A stretch of DNA of 64,000 bases from assembly GCA_963700635.1 (NCBI GenBank), contig CAVOYH010000004.1, positions 672,001-736,000 of the forward strand. The letters run 5' to 3'. This stretch comes from an uncultured Bacteroidota bacterium (lineage in GTDB: Bacteria; Bacteroidota; Ignavibacteria; UBA10030; UBA6906). The position numbers and the translations under genes are program-made. The notes beneath the pieces were generated by a model. That model saw only the letters and a program-made list of their open reading frames with translations, did not search any database and had not been told where the DNA came from. This document shows, in pieces, positions 48,348-58,557 of the stretch. Within the stretch, counting starts at the first letter, position 1. Every line of letters starts with the position of its first letter.

Positions 48348-49313
48348 ATGTTCCGAAATATGAGATTCTTTGTTTTCTCCAGCAAGTCACTTGATCTGCG
48401 TGAAATCAGGTTTTTCAAGGTCAAGATGCTGGGGTCCGGTTTGTTGCTGGGGATTTTCCTTCTGTCATTCGTGTTTTTTGCCAACATGCTCACCGGTGAT
48501 GTGCTGGGGATCGGGTACGGGCACCTGTCAATGCTCACGACAGAAAACCGCATGTTGAAGGAGCACATTCGCGAACTGGGGAAGAAGTTGCAGCTGGTTC
48601 AGCAGACCCTCGAAAATCTTTCGGAGCGGGGGAATGAACTGCGGTTGCTGGCGGATATGCGACGTATTGATGATGACACGCGTGCGGCGGCTGTCGGCGG
48701 CGGAGCGCAGCTGGCGGCGAGTCCGTTTCTGACGGGGGAGGCGAGCATGATCCTCTCTCAATCCCGTTCGCTTATCGATCGCCTGAGCCGTGAAGTAAAA
48801 CTGCAGCAGCAGAGTTACGAAGAGATCCATACACGTCTGGAGCAGAATAGGGGATTCTTTTCCCATCTTCCGGCTATAAAACCGATGGCCGGGCCCTATA
48901 CCGTTGGCGGCTTTGGCATGCGCCTCCATCCTGTTCTGCACGTCTATCGCATGCACTATGGCCTCGATATCATCAACGATGTCGGCACATCCGTGTATGC
49001 CGCAGGCGACGGGGATATCCGGGTTGCCGGACGTACGCAGGGCGGCCTCGGCGTGGTTGTCGAAATTGCCCACGGGTACGGATACACGAGTTTGTACGCA
49101 CACCTTTCCCAGGTTCATGTTACACCCGGACAGCGGGTCAAGCGGGGGGAACTTATCGCAAAGTGCGGGCGGACCGGGTTGGTGAGCGGACCGCACCTGC
49201 ATTATGAGATCCGGCGCAACGGCGTGAGTCAGAACCCGGTAGACTTTTTCTTTGATGACATCGATGCAGCTCGCTATCGTGCAATGCTCGCGCAAGCCAG
49301 CGCGAATCAGTGA
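48348..49313 (+). CDS. M23 metallopeptidase with N-terminal TM and coiled coil
   Basis: HYGLD, YAHL, GPHLHYE; AAGGAGG RBS before the ATG at 48348. Confidence 0.93.
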   Translation: MFRNMRFFVFSSKSLDLREIRFFKVKMLGSGLLLGIFLLSFVFFANMLTGDVLGIGYGHLSMLTTENRMLKEHIRELGKKLQLVQQTLENLSERGNELRLLADMRRIDDDTRAAAVGGGAQLAASPFLTGEASMILSQSRSLIDRLSREVKLQQQSYEEIHTRLEQNRGFFSHLPAIKPMAGPYTVGGFGMRLHPVLHVYRMHYGLDIINDVGTSVYAAGDGDIRVAGRTQGGLGVVVEIAHGYGYTSLYAHLSQVHVTPGQRVKRGELIAKCGRTGLVSGPHLHYEIRRNGVSQNPVDFFFDDIDAARYRAMLAQASANQ

Positions 49314-49343
49314 GTTGTTCCCCCGCATAGGAGATGTAAAGCG

Positions 49344-49568
49344 GTGATCTGGACGATGGAACTCGCCTCGTACCTCGACGATGCGCCCTGGCCAGCAACA
49401 AAAGACGAATTAATCGACTACGCATTGCGGACCGGGGCACCTGTGGAGACCCTCGAAAATCTTCAGGAACTTGAAGACGGTGATGAACCGTACGACAGCA
49501 TGGAAGATATCTGGCCCGACTATCCGACGGGCGAAGACTTCTTCTACGAAGACGAAGGGGAGTACTGA
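49344..49568 (+). CDS. DUF2795 small acidic protein
   Basis: WTMELASYLDDAPWPATKDELIDYA..IWPDYP; AGGAG RBS. Confidence 0.92.
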   Translation: MIWTMELASYLDDAPWPATKDELIDYALRTGAPVETLENLQELEDGDEPYDSMEDIWPDYPTGEDFFYEDEGEY

Positions 49569-49616
49569 ACGCGCCGGAAAACGTTGATTCTGTTCATCAA
49601 ATGTCTTATCATGCTT

Positions 49617-49641
49617 ACCCAGCCGGCGGCTGGGTTTTTTT
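49617..49641 (+). terminator. Rho-independent terminator
   Basis: ACCCAGCC-GGC-GGCTGGGT followed by a T run. Confidence 0.8.
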
Positions 49642-49658
49642 ATGGAAACCAGGCGACC

Positions 49659-51803
49659 ATGCACGTGAATCTTCTACGGCTTTACGGGCACATTGATTCT
49701 CCCCCCTGCGGGTCCCTCATCCGGGCAGGCCTGATCCTGGGACTGGTCCTCGCCGTTCTGACCCCCGCGTGCGCGCAACCCTCCAATCACCGTCAATACG
49801 AAATTTCCTCCATCACGATCGAGGGCAATGCATCGTTTCCGACCAGCGAACTCCGGGCCCAGATGACCACGATCGAGACGCCGGGCTGGTTCAACAAATT
49901 TCTCTATTCTTCCATCAGCGAGCGGCTGGGCCGGAAGAATGAACTCTTTAATGCCGTCACGTTCGGCGCCGACGTGGACCGCCTCAGCCGGTTCTACGAA
50001 AACCGCGGATTCTCAGTTGTCCGCATCGATACCGTTCTGCATTTCTCGCCCGAAGACGGGACCGTCGACCTGATGGTCCGGATCACAGAAGGATATCGTT
50101 CGCTCATCGAACAGGTAGTGTATCGCGGGATCCTGGATTTCCCGACGACAATCTGGGAAGATATCCGGCAGTCACCCAGCATCTATCCCGCAGATCCCTA
50201 CAACAGCCTGCTCCTGGAGGACGAAGTGCGGCGCGTGCTCCGGATCTATGCCGACAGTGGTTTTCCCAACGCGGAGTTTGTCCGCGACAGCTCCTACGCA
50301 CGGCGTTATGTAAGTTCCAAGAATTACGTCGTCAAACTGACATTTTCCCCCGGCCGCCGGTATCTGTTTGGCGACATCACCATCCGCCAGGAAACGGACA
50401 CCCTGCGCGGTGAATTCCACCGCGACGACATCACCGACGACGTTATTCTCCGCCAGATCGACTATCACCCCGGTGATTTTTACAGTCTGGCAAACAAACT
50501 GAGCAGTGAGCGCAACCTGAACCGGCTTGGCATTTTTGATTTGCGATCCATCGAGACCTTTGTCCCTGCGCGCGACGATTCCAGCTACACCGTACCGAGC
50601 CGCATTACCCTCCGCCCGCGCGACAAACATGAGCTGGCCCCCGAACTGCTGATGAGCGATCAGGACGGCGCGTTTAACCTGGGTACCGGTCTGGGCTATA
50701 CAAACCGGAATTTTTTCGGAGGTGCGCGGCTTTTTAACGCTCGTGTCCGCTTCCAATCACAGACCCTCAGCCGCTTCCCCGACTATTTTAAGGTGGATGA
50801 CGATGCCGTGTCCAACCTGGATCTGACGTTTGAAGTTGTGCAGCCCTACATTTTTTCGAACGCCACAAAAGGGACGTGGTCCTTCTCGTATATCCTGAAC
50901 AAACAAAAACCGTATCTCCAGAAGATCTTCCGGAATAAATTCGGGTTCACGAGCAGGTTTGCCGAGCACACGTCCGGACTTCTGGAATGGACCCTGGAAA
51001 CGATCGAGTTGAAGGAGAACCAGAACTTTGAAGCATCTCTGAACGACCCTCTGATCAAACGCCAGCTTGAGGCGTTACAGAAAGAACAGTTTAACTCGAT
51101 CCTCTCGTTCACGATTCAGCGCGACATGACCAACGACCTGTTCTCCCCGTCCGAAGGTTTTGTCCACGCTGCTACCTTCGAGGAAGCTGGCATTCTCCCC
51201 CTGGTCCTGAAGAAGGCGTTCCCCGCCCTCCCGTTCACCCAGTTCATGCGTGCAGTGCTAGTCGGACGGTGGTATGCCGACAGGAGCGATAATCGGTTTC
51301 TGATCCTTGCCAGCAAGCTCAAAGCGGGAATCGAGGAGAAGTACGGGGAAAGCCGGTCGGATAGCAGCCGCACCATTCCGCAAACTCACCGTTTTTACGC
51401 TGGCGGCGGAAACAGTATCAGAGGATGGGCCTCGCGCAGCCTGATTGCCAGCGGCGAGCCGCAACTCGGGGGGAACGTGACGCTGGAGGGAAGTCTCGAG
51501 ATGCGCGTGAACCTGCTGCAGAACCTCCGCGACGGGTGGTTGGACAAGATCTGGCTTGTGTCATTTGTGGATGTGGGCAATGTCTGGGGAGAGATCAAGG
51601 ATTTCCGGCTGGATGGCGTGGCCGTGGCGACCGGAATAGGGATCCGCTATGAAACCCCGTTCGGCCCGTTCCGTCTGGACTGGGGAATCCGGGTCTTTGA
51701 TCCGGCAGCGCCGAAAGGACAACAGTGGATTATCCAGCGCCGCCTCTTTGCAGACACCTTCGCCGAGGGTGCATTTCATTTCGGGATTGGCCATGCATTC
51801 TGA
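49659..51803 (+). CDS. Omp85/BamA-TamA family outer-membrane protein with POTRA domains
   Basis: ITIEGN POTRA, Y.NRG, RFYAGGGNSIRGW, GIRYETPFGPFRLDW; ends in HAF. Start approximate. Confidence 0.92.
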   Translation: MHVNLLRLYGHIDSPPCGSLIRAGLILGLVLAVLTPACAQPSNHRQYEISSITIEGNASFPTSELRAQMTTIETPGWFNKFLYSSISERLGRKNELFNAVTFGADVDRLSRFYENRGFSVVRIDTVLHFSPEDGTVDLMVRITEGYRSLIEQVVYRGILDFPTTIWEDIRQSPSIYPADPYNSLLLEDEVRRVLRIYADSGFPNAEFVRDSSYARRYVSSKNYVVKLTFSPGRRYLFGDITIRQETDTLRGEFHRDDITDDVILRQIDYHPGDFYSLANKLSSERNLNRLGIFDLRSIETFVPARDDSSYTVPSRITLRPRDKHELAPELLMSDQDGAFNLGTGLGYTNRNFFGGARLFNARVRFQSQTLSRFPDYFKVDDDAVSNLDLTFEVVQPYIFSNATKGTWSFSYILNKQKPYLQKIFRNKFGFTSRFAEHTSGLLEWTLETIELKENQNFEASLNDPLIKRQLEALQKEQFNSILSFTIQRDMTNDLFSPSEGFVHAATFEEAGILPLVLKKAFPALPFTQFMRAVLVGRWYADRSDNRFLILASKLKAGIEEKYGESRSDSSRTIPQTHRFYAGGGNSIRGWASRSLIASGEPQLGGNVTLEGSLEMRVNLLQNLRDGWLDKIWLVSFVDVGNVWGEIKDFRLDGVAVATGIGIRYETPFGPFRLDWGIRVFDPAAPKGQQWIIQRRLFADTFAEGAFHFGIGHAF

Positions 51804-52926
51804 CGAGAATCAGACCATCACCTGGCCTCGCGTGCTGGGCCAGAAGCGTGTGAAACTGCAATTGCAGAGCGTGCTGAAATCGGGCCGCATGCCCCACGCG
51901 TACCTGTTCCACGGCCCCGAAGGGGTTGGGAAGGATGCGATGGCCATCGAGCTCGCCCGCGTACTGCACTGCCAGACCGGGGGCTCCGAGGCCTGCGGGG
52001 TATGTGATTCGTGTGAACGCCTCAACACACTCCAGCATCCCGATGTCCGTTTTATTACTGCCCTTCCTGTGGGACGGGACGAGGACAAGGACGACAGTCC
52101 GCTGGACAAGATCCCTCCGGAAGAGGTCAAGGCCATACAGGCCGAGCTGATGGAAAAGGGGAAAGACCCATACCGCCGGATCACCATTCCCCGGGCGACC
52201 GGCATCAAGATCAACAGCATCAGGGAAATCCGGCGGGAAGCACCCTTGAGCAGCACGGGGAACAAACGGCGGGTGTTTATCCTTTCGCGTGCGGATATGC
52301 TTAATGCCGTTGCGGCCCATACGCTCCTGAAGACTCTGGAAGAACCCCCGGCCAATTGTATGTTGATCCTCACGACCGCCAACCGGGAAGAGTTGCTTCC
52401 GACCATCATCTCCCGCTGCCAGCAGGTGCGGTTTGACCCCCTGACCGAGGAGCAAATCCAGGGCGCGCTGGTCCAGCGTGACAAAGTGGATAACTCCCAC
52501 GCAGCGTTGTTGGCCCGCCTCTCCGGCGGCAGTTATACAAGGGCCCAGGAATTGCTCGGCGACGACCTGATGAGGGAACGGGATGATGTGCTGGAGTTTG
52601 TGCGGCGCACCGTGGCGGGTCACCATGTGGATGTGGCGAAGATTATCGATGGTGTCGCAGAGGAGAAAAACCGCGCGCGCGTAACACGGTTCCTGCACCT
52701 GCTCCTGCTCTGGTTCCGTGATGCCCTGGTGCTCTCGCGCGGGGGAGCGATCATCAATGTCGACCAGCAGGAACCGCTGCAGAAGTTTGTTGCGCGGTAT
52801 CCGGAGACTAACATTCCGGATATCCTCGGCGAGATCGAGCGCGCAATTTCGCTTGTGGAAAGAAATATCTACATTAAACTTGTCCTGTATAATCTGGCCG
52901 GACAGCTTAAATCGAACATCCTCTGA
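51793..52926 (+). CDS. holB: DNA polymerase III subunit delta'
   Basis: HAYLFHGPEGVGK, C..ACGVCDSC, HPD, LLKTLEEPP, LLPTIISRC. Confidence 0.93.
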   Translation: MHSDENQTITWPRVLGQKRVKLQLQSVLKSGRMPHAYLFHGPEGVGKDAMAIELARVLHCQTGGSEACGVCDSCERLNTLQHPDVRFITALPVGRDEDKDDSPLDKIPPEEVKAIQAELMEKGKDPYRRITIPRATGIKINSIREIRREAPLSSTGNKRRVFILSRADMLNAVAAHTLLKTLEEPPANCMLILTTANREELLPTIISRCQQVRFDPLTEEQIQGALVQRDKVDNSHAALLARLSGGSYTRAQELLGDDLMRERDDVLEFVRRTVAGHHVDVAKIIDGVAEEKNRARVTRFLHLLLLWFRDALVLSRGGAIINVDQQEPLQKFVARYPETNIPDILGEIERAISLVERNIYIKLVLYNLAGQLKSNIL

Positions 52927-52933
52927 AGGTAGA

Positions 52934-55015
52934 ATGATTCAGGCAGAACGTATTCTGGTTACCGCGGCGTTACCCTATGCCAACGGCCGTATTCACCTGG
53001 GGCACCTCGCGGGGGCGTATCTTCCGGCCGATCTGTATGTCCGGTACCAGCGGCTTAAACAACGCGACGTACTCTTCATCTGCGGCTCCGATGAGCACGG
53101 CGTCCCGATCACCATCACGGCCGACAAGGAAGGCGTGAGTCCGCAGGATGTTGTCGATCGGTACCATAAGGCGAACGACAAGGCATTTGCGCTGTTCGGG
53201 ATGAGTTTTGACAACTACTCACGGACGTCACTTCCTCTCCATCACCTCACGGCGCAGGAGTTCTTCAAAGACCTGCACGCCCGGGGTATCGTAACGGAGA
53301 AGAAAGAGAAGCAGTTCTATGATGCGCAGGCGAAAAAATTCCTGCCGGACAGATATGTCGAGGGAACCTGTCCCGTGTGCTCCAACCCCGAAGCGCGCGG
53401 CGATCAGTGCGAAAAATGCGGCACATATCTCAGTCCGCTGCAGCTGCTGAACCCGCGCAGCAAGATCTCCGGCGCGACACCGGAAGTGCGGGAAACCTCA
53501 CACTGGTATTTCCCGCTGGGCTCCTATCAGAAACGGCTTGAGGCGTATATCCAGGACAGGCATACGCGGGACGGGTGGAAGGATAACGTTCTTAATTATA
53601 CCCGCGGGTGGTTCAAAGACGGTTTGCAGGATCGGGCGGTGACACGGGATCTTGACTGGGGCGTCAGGGTACCGCTTGAGGGTTATGAGACGAAAGTGCT
53701 TTACGTCTGGTTTGATGCCGTGCTCGGATATATCTCGTCAACACGGGAATGGGCGCAGCGGAAGGGCACACCCGATGCCTGGCGCCGTTACTGGCTTGAG
53801 AAAGATACGAAATATGTCGCGTTTATAGGGAAGGACAACGTCGTATTCCATTGTATCGTCTTCCCCGCAATGCTCATGGCCTGGAATGACGCCCACGACG
53901 ATCAGTACGTGCTTCCGGACAACGTCCCGGCGAATGAGTTTCTCAATTTTGAAGGGCAGAAATTTTCAAAAAGCCGGGGGTGGGGCATTTTTGTGGATGA
54001 ATTCCTCTCCCGTTTTTCGCCGGATTCCCTCCGGTACTATCTCTGCACCTCGTTGCCGGAATCCCGTGATTCTGATTTTACGTGGAAAGAGTTTCAGGCA
54101 AAAAACAATAATGAGCTCGCCGACATCTTCGGCAATTTTGTGAATCGCACGCTCGCGTTTTGTGTCCGGACATACGGGGGGACCCTGCCGGCGCGCGGCG
54201 AACTGAACGAACGTGACCGGACGATGCTGGATCTCGCAGGAAGGACCCCTGTCACCGCCGGCGTGTACATGGAGAGTTACCGGTTCAGGGATGGCATGGG
54301 CGAGGTGATGAATCTGGCGCGTGCGGCCAACAAGTACTTTAACGACAGTGAACCGTGGAAAACCGCCCAGAGTGATCCGGCTCGGTGTGCCACAACGCTG
54401 AACATTTGTGCCCAGGTCGTACGGACGCTGGCGATTCTGATGTCGCCGGTTGTCCCCGCAGCGTGTGAACGGCTCTGGACCATGCTGGGGCTTGCCGGCA
54501 GTGCCGCGGCACAGTCCTGGGACTCCGCGGGCGCTCCATCTCTGCCTGCCGGTCACACGATTGGTACCCCGGCGATCCTGGTAACCAAAATTGAGGATGA
54601 CGTGATAGCAAAGGAGTTAGAGAAACTCGGACAGGAGAACGGCGCCGCCGCGCCGGCGGACGCAAAACCTGCAACGCTCCCGCCCAAGGAACAGATCACG
54701 TTTGATGACTTCAAGAAGATTGATCTTCGTATCGCGCGCGTGCTCTCTGCGGAGGGGGTACCGAAGTCTGAAAAACTCCTGAAGCTTCAGGTGGAAGTGG
54801 GGAGTGAACGGAGACAGATTGTCGCAGGGATTGCGCAGCACTACGCTCCGGAATCCCTTGTCGGGAAGTCGATTGTGGTCGTCTATAATCTGCTGCCCGC
54901 AAAGTTAATGGGACAGGAATCACAGGGCATGCTGCTTGCGGCCTCCGATGCGGCCGGACGTCTTGTGATACTCGGTCCGGCGGGAGAGATTGAAAGCGGC
55001 AGCGTGGTGAAATAG
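52934..55015 (+). CDS. metG: Methionine--tRNA ligase with a C-terminal tRNA-binding domain
   Basis: ALPYANG.IHLGH, GSDEHG, zinc knuckles, KFSKS, ESQGMLL. Confidence 0.98.
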   Translation: MIQAERILVTAALPYANGRIHLGHLAGAYLPADLYVRYQRLKQRDVLFICGSDEHGVPITITADKEGVSPQDVVDRYHKANDKAFALFGMSFDNYSRTSLPLHHLTAQEFFKDLHARGIVTEKKEKQFYDAQAKKFLPDRYVEGTCPVCSNPEARGDQCEKCGTYLSPLQLLNPRSKISGATPEVRETSHWYFPLGSYQKRLEAYIQDRHTRDGWKDNVLNYTRGWFKDGLQDRAVTRDLDWGVRVPLEGYETKVLYVWFDAVLGYISSTREWAQRKGTPDAWRRYWLEKDTKYVAFIGKDNVVFHCIVFPAMLMAWNDAHDDQYVLPDNVPANEFLNFEGQKFSKSRGWGIFVDEFLSRFSPDSLRYYLCTSLPESRDSDFTWKEFQAKNNNELADIFGNFVNRTLAFCVRTYGGTLPARGELNERDRTMLDLAGRTPVTAGVYMESYRFRDGMGEVMNLARAANKYFNDSEPWKTAQSDPARCATTLNICAQVVRTLAILMSPVVPAACERLWTMLGLAGSAAAQSWDSAGAPSLPAGHTIGTPAILVTKIEDDVIAKELEKLGQENGAAAPADAKPATLPPKEQITFDDFKKIDLRIARVLSAEGVPKSEKLLKLQVEVGSERRQIVAGIAQHYAPESLVGKSIVVVYNLLPAKLMGQESQGMLLAASDAAGRLVILGPAGEIESGSVVK

Positions 55016-55027
55016 ACGAGGAGGAGC

Positions 55028-56437
55028 ATGAGGTTCGTTGATTCCCATTCCCATCTGACATCACCTCAGTTCGATGTAGATCGGGATGAAGTTCTCCAGC
55101 GTGCAGAAGAAGCGGGTGTTGGCCTCATCATTAATCCGGGGTCCAATCTGGATGACAGCCGCCGCGCCGTTGAGCTGGCAGAGCGTCATACGATGGTCTA
55201 CGCTGCGGTCGGATTTCACCCGCATGACGCCAGACTCGCAGATGACGCCGGATTGGCAGCCATCGAAGAACTGAGCACCCATCCCAGGGTGGTTGCCATC
55301 GGTGAAATTGGTCTGGATTTCCACTACGATTATTCCCCCCGCGATGTCCAGCAGCGGGTGTTCAGCGCCCAGCTGGAAATAGCCCAGCGGAGGGACCTGC
55401 CCGTGATCATCCACACACGGGAATCCCTCGAGCCAACAATCGCAGCCGTGCTCGACAGTATCCAGCGGGCGCCCGGCTGGCGTAATGTTGCCGCGGAAAC
55501 GAACGGCAGAACACCCGGTCCCAGAGGGGTGTTTCACTGCTATCCCGGTGATGTGCCAACCGCGTCAAAACTTGTTGAGAACGGATTTTATGTGTCGCTC
55601 CCGGGGATCCTCACATTCAAAAAGCCGGGTCTCGCCCTCGCCGTTGCCTCAGGGATCTCGGCCGAACATCTGCTTCTGGAAACAGACAGCCCGTATCTCA
55701 CGCCGGTGCCGTACAGGGGTCAACGGAACGAACCGGCGTACCTTCCCCTGATTGCCTCCCGCCTTGCCGATGCGCAGGGGCTGACAATTGATGACATTGC
55801 GCGTACCACGACATACAATGTGTACCGGCTTTTCGGGATTGGAGACAAGCCCGATCCGCGTTTTACGTACACGCTCAAGAATTCGCTCTACATCAACCTG
55901 ACGATCCGCTGCAATGCCGATTGTGTGTTCTGTGACCGGAAGGGTGAAGCGGTTGTCAAAGGGCACAACCTGAAAATCGAGCGGGAGCCATCTGCTGAGG
56001 AAGTGCTTCAGGAAATCGGGGATCCGACCCGGTACGCCGAAATCGTCTTCTGCGGTTATGGCGAACCCACCATCCGGCTGGATACCCTGAAGGTTGTAGC
56101 GCAGGGGGTCAAGAAAAAAGGTGGACGGACACGCCTTAATACCGACGGCCACGGCAACGTCATCAACAAACGGAACATCGTTCCCGAACTCGTGGGCCTG
56201 ATCGATGCCGTATCCATCAGTCTCAACTCCACCGATCCGGCCCAGTATGGTGCGCTCATGCGGCTGGATGGCGCCCGTTTCTTCCCGGCAATGCTGGAGT
56301 TCGCAAAGGAGGCCGTACGGCTGCTTCCCCGGGTGGTGTTGACAATTGTTGATCTTGCGGAAGTGGATGAAGCCAGAGCCCGCACGTTCGTTGAACAGGA
56401 GGTCGGTGCAGTGTTTTCCAAGCGTCCCTTCTTCTGA
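55028..56437 (+). CDS. tatD: TatD-family nuclease fused to a TatD-associated radical SAM domain
   Basis: DSHSHL, GEIGLD, IIHTRE, ETDSPYL, then LYINLTIRCNADCVFC, FCGYGEP and RLNTDG in the same frame. Confidence 0.92.
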   Translation: MRFVDSHSHLTSPQFDVDRDEVLQRAEEAGVGLIINPGSNLDDSRRAVELAERHTMVYAAVGFHPHDARLADDAGLAAIEELSTHPRVVAIGEIGLDFHYDYSPRDVQQRVFSAQLEIAQRRDLPVIIHTRESLEPTIAAVLDSIQRAPGWRNVAAETNGRTPGPRGVFHCYPGDVPTASKLVENGFYVSLPGILTFKKPGLALAVASGISAEHLLLETDSPYLTPVPYRGQRNEPAYLPLIASRLADAQGLTIDDIARTTTYNVYRLFGIGDKPDPRFTYTLKNSLYINLTIRCNADCVFCDRKGEAVVKGHNLKIEREPSAEEVLQEIGDPTRYAEIVFCGYGEPTIRLDTLKVVAQGVKKKGGRTRLNTDGHGNVINKRNIVPELVGLIDAVSISLNSTDPAQYGALMRLDGARFFPAMLEFAKEAVRLLPRVVLTIVDLAEVDEARARTFVEQEVGAVFSKRPFF

Positions 56438-57606
56438 TGACCACCCGGAAGATCCTGGTCCTTGCGGAAGGTCAACTCGGCGATCTTCTCCTGCTGACGC
56501 CCGCCATACGGGCCCTCCGCAACGGACACCCGGACGCGCGGATCACGGTCCTCATCTTTCACCGCCATCGCACTTCATCACCCGGACCAGCGCCCCTTCT
56601 TTTCCCCTCCGACGGTTCCGGCACAGCGGCTGTGATGACTTCCCATCCCTGTGTGGACGAAGTTCTGGAGGTCGACCGATCGGCATTGCGAGGGTTGGGC
56701 GGCCTGAAGAGGCTGTCCGGCGAGGTGTTCCTGGTGAGACAGATCCGGAAACGCCGCTTTGATTCAGTCGTGTGCACGTTTCCCGAAGACCGGTTCACGA
56801 TGCTTGCCTTCCTGTCCGGTGCGCAGACGCGCGTCGGGCAAAAACGTCAGGCACTCTCCCGGTTCCTGAACGTCACGCCTGCCATTTCCAAAAAGACGAT
56901 CGGCGTGCTGGCATACTATAACGCTCTGGCCGAACACAGCGGCGGGCATGTCAGGAGTTCGCGCACCGAATTTTACATCTCCCCCGGTGCAGAGAGGACC
57001 TCGGCGGCCCGATTGCGGGAGGAGGGGAGACTGAACGGCCCCTGGGTCGCGGTTCATCCCGGGGCGAGCGGAGACTATAAAGTCTGGCCCCCCGAGCGAT
57101 ACGCGGCGTTGATAAACGGGTTACATGCGAAGCAGATCCCCGTATTGCTCTTCGGGGGGGGCGCGGATGATACAATCCTGGGCGCTGTTCTGGAGCATGT
57201 CTCTGCGCCGGTCACAACCATCAGAACGGGAAATGACGTCACCCTGCTCGCGGCATATCTCCGGCGGGCGGCCCTCTGCATTACCAATGATTCCGGTCCG
57301 CGGCACCTGGCTGTCGCGGTTGGGACGCCATCTCTTGCATTGTTCCGGCAGTTTCACGGAAAAGAATGGGCCGTCTATCCTGAGAGTGCGGTGTGTGCTA
57401 CCCTGACGGGCAGTTCTGTGTGTGCGGCGTGTCCGGCGTCGGTGTGCCTGGACCGTGTCCCGCCGGGGAAGCGATACGGTTCAACGTGCCTGAGGGAGAT
57501 CACCGCGGACGAAGTGATGGCCCGAGCCCTGACCATGCTTGCTACCTCTTCTGCAGGTACTCGTCGTACGTCTTCTGATGATACGGGTCAATCCGTGACA
57601 GCATGA
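56437..57606 (+). CDS. Glycosyltransferase family 9 (heptosyltransferase-like)
   Basis: LGDLLLLTP, HPGAS..K.WP, NDSGPRHLA.A.G.P. Confidence 0.9.
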   Translation: MTTRKILVLAEGQLGDLLLLTPAIRALRNGHPDARITVLIFHRHRTSSPGPAPLLFPSDGSGTAAVMTSHPCVDEVLEVDRSALRGLGGLKRLSGEVFLVRQIRKRRFDSVVCTFPEDRFTMLAFLSGAQTRVGQKRQALSRFLNVTPAISKKTIGVLAYYNALAEHSGGHVRSSRTEFYISPGAERTSAARLREEGRLNGPWVAVHPGASGDYKVWPPERYAALINGLHAKQIPVLLFGGGADDTILGAVLEHVSAPVTTIRTGNDVTLLAAYLRRAALCITNDSGPRHLAVAVGTPSLALFRQFHGKEWAVYPESAVCATLTGSSVCAACPASVCLDRVPPGKRYGSTCLREITADEVMARALTMLATSSAGTRRTSSDDTGQSVTA

Positions 57607-58444
57607 CGTAAATGGAGCGGTCCGGATAGTCCTGCAGGACGTCGGCGAGCTCCATGTATTTTGTATCGAAGAATGTTTTGAGCGCGAGGTTCCGGGCCTC
57701 GATGCTCTTTCGAGCCACCCCGATCGCTTCAACCGCCTTCACGATGTTCCGGAGGGCCTTCCTCTTGTCTATCTTCAGCGAATCCAATCCCTCAAAGTGA
57801 TAGTAATACGAAGCCGCCCGGATTGCCGCTACCGTGGGATTCAGGAGTTCAGACACCAGCTGGGTCCTGCTGTACCCTGACGTCAGGGGCTGCCAGCCTC
57901 TCTGGGATGTGGACCGGCCGAGACTGGCGACATTCGAGGCCTTCTGGAACCATGGCGTTCCGGCGAGATTCTCGTACGTGTCGTAATCGAAGCCCAGAAT
58001 GAGGTACACGTAAAAATCCAGAAAGCTGGTGAGATCGTTAAACGAATAGGGAGTGTGGTTGATGGGACGCTCTTTGATGTACGTGAACTCCCACGCTTCG
58101 TCAAACAGGCGTGCCACGGCGGTGTTCGTGTTCCCGCCATAGATGGGGCGCTGGCTTCCGATGAACACTTGAGCGCTGTATTTGTTTTCGCCACTCACCC
58201 CCTGTATAAAAATATCAAATGTACAACGTACTTTTTCCTCGATCTGATCGGTGCCCCACTGATAGTTGTTGACATAGGATCGTATGTTGCTTTCGAAGTC
58301 CCTCAACAGGTCTTTGTGCGACGCGGCGACACCCTCGTAGTTCACCCTCACCGTACAATCGATCTGCTGGGCATTGAGCGGTATTCCGTACATGATCCCG
58401 ACGAGGACCACGGTGATCATCAGGATGACGAATCGCGTGGACAT
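57542..58444 (-). CDS. DUF4835 family protein (PorD-like)
   Basis: Signal peptide; C.V.VN, SQRPIY, NDLTSFLDFYVY.ILGFDYDT..GTPWF, GW, YYYH..GLD. Confidence 0.88.
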   Translation of the reverse strand: MSTRFVILMITVVLVGIMYGIPLNAQQIDCTVRVNYEGVAASHKDLLRDFESNIRSYVNNYQWGTDQIEEKVRCTFDIFIQGVSGENKYSAQVFIGSQRPIYGGNTNTAVARLFDEAWEFTYIKERPINHTPYSFNDLTSFLDFYVYLILGFDYDTYENLAGTPWFQKASNVASLGRSTSQRGWQPLTSGYSRTQLVSELLNPTVAAIRAASYYYHFEGLDSLKIDKRKALRNIVKAVEAIGVARKSIEARNLALKTFFDTKYMELADVLQDYPDRSIYVMLSRIDPYHQKTYDEYLQKR

Positions 58445-58476
58445 GAGTGCTCCTTCTGAAAGGTAATCTCTATCCG

Positions 58477-58505
58477 AATATACACCTTTTGAGAGCGCTG
58501 TTCAA
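58477..58505 (-). promoter_or_regulatory. sigma70-like promoter for the DUF4835 gene
   Basis: Minus strand TTGAAC-N17-TATATT. Confidence 0.6.
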
Positions 58506-58557
58506 TCTTTTCTTCGGAATCTCGCGAGTTCGGTTGTAGACTGGGGAGGAGGTCTGT

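Noticed and set aside
47501-48568. 355-aa antisense ORF
   Set aside because: Opposite hprK and the M23 gene; no family signal.
57542-57606. 65-nt convergent overlap of the GT9 and DUF4835 3' ends
   Set aside because: Probably simple stop-codon drift giving a short tail; no sign of function.
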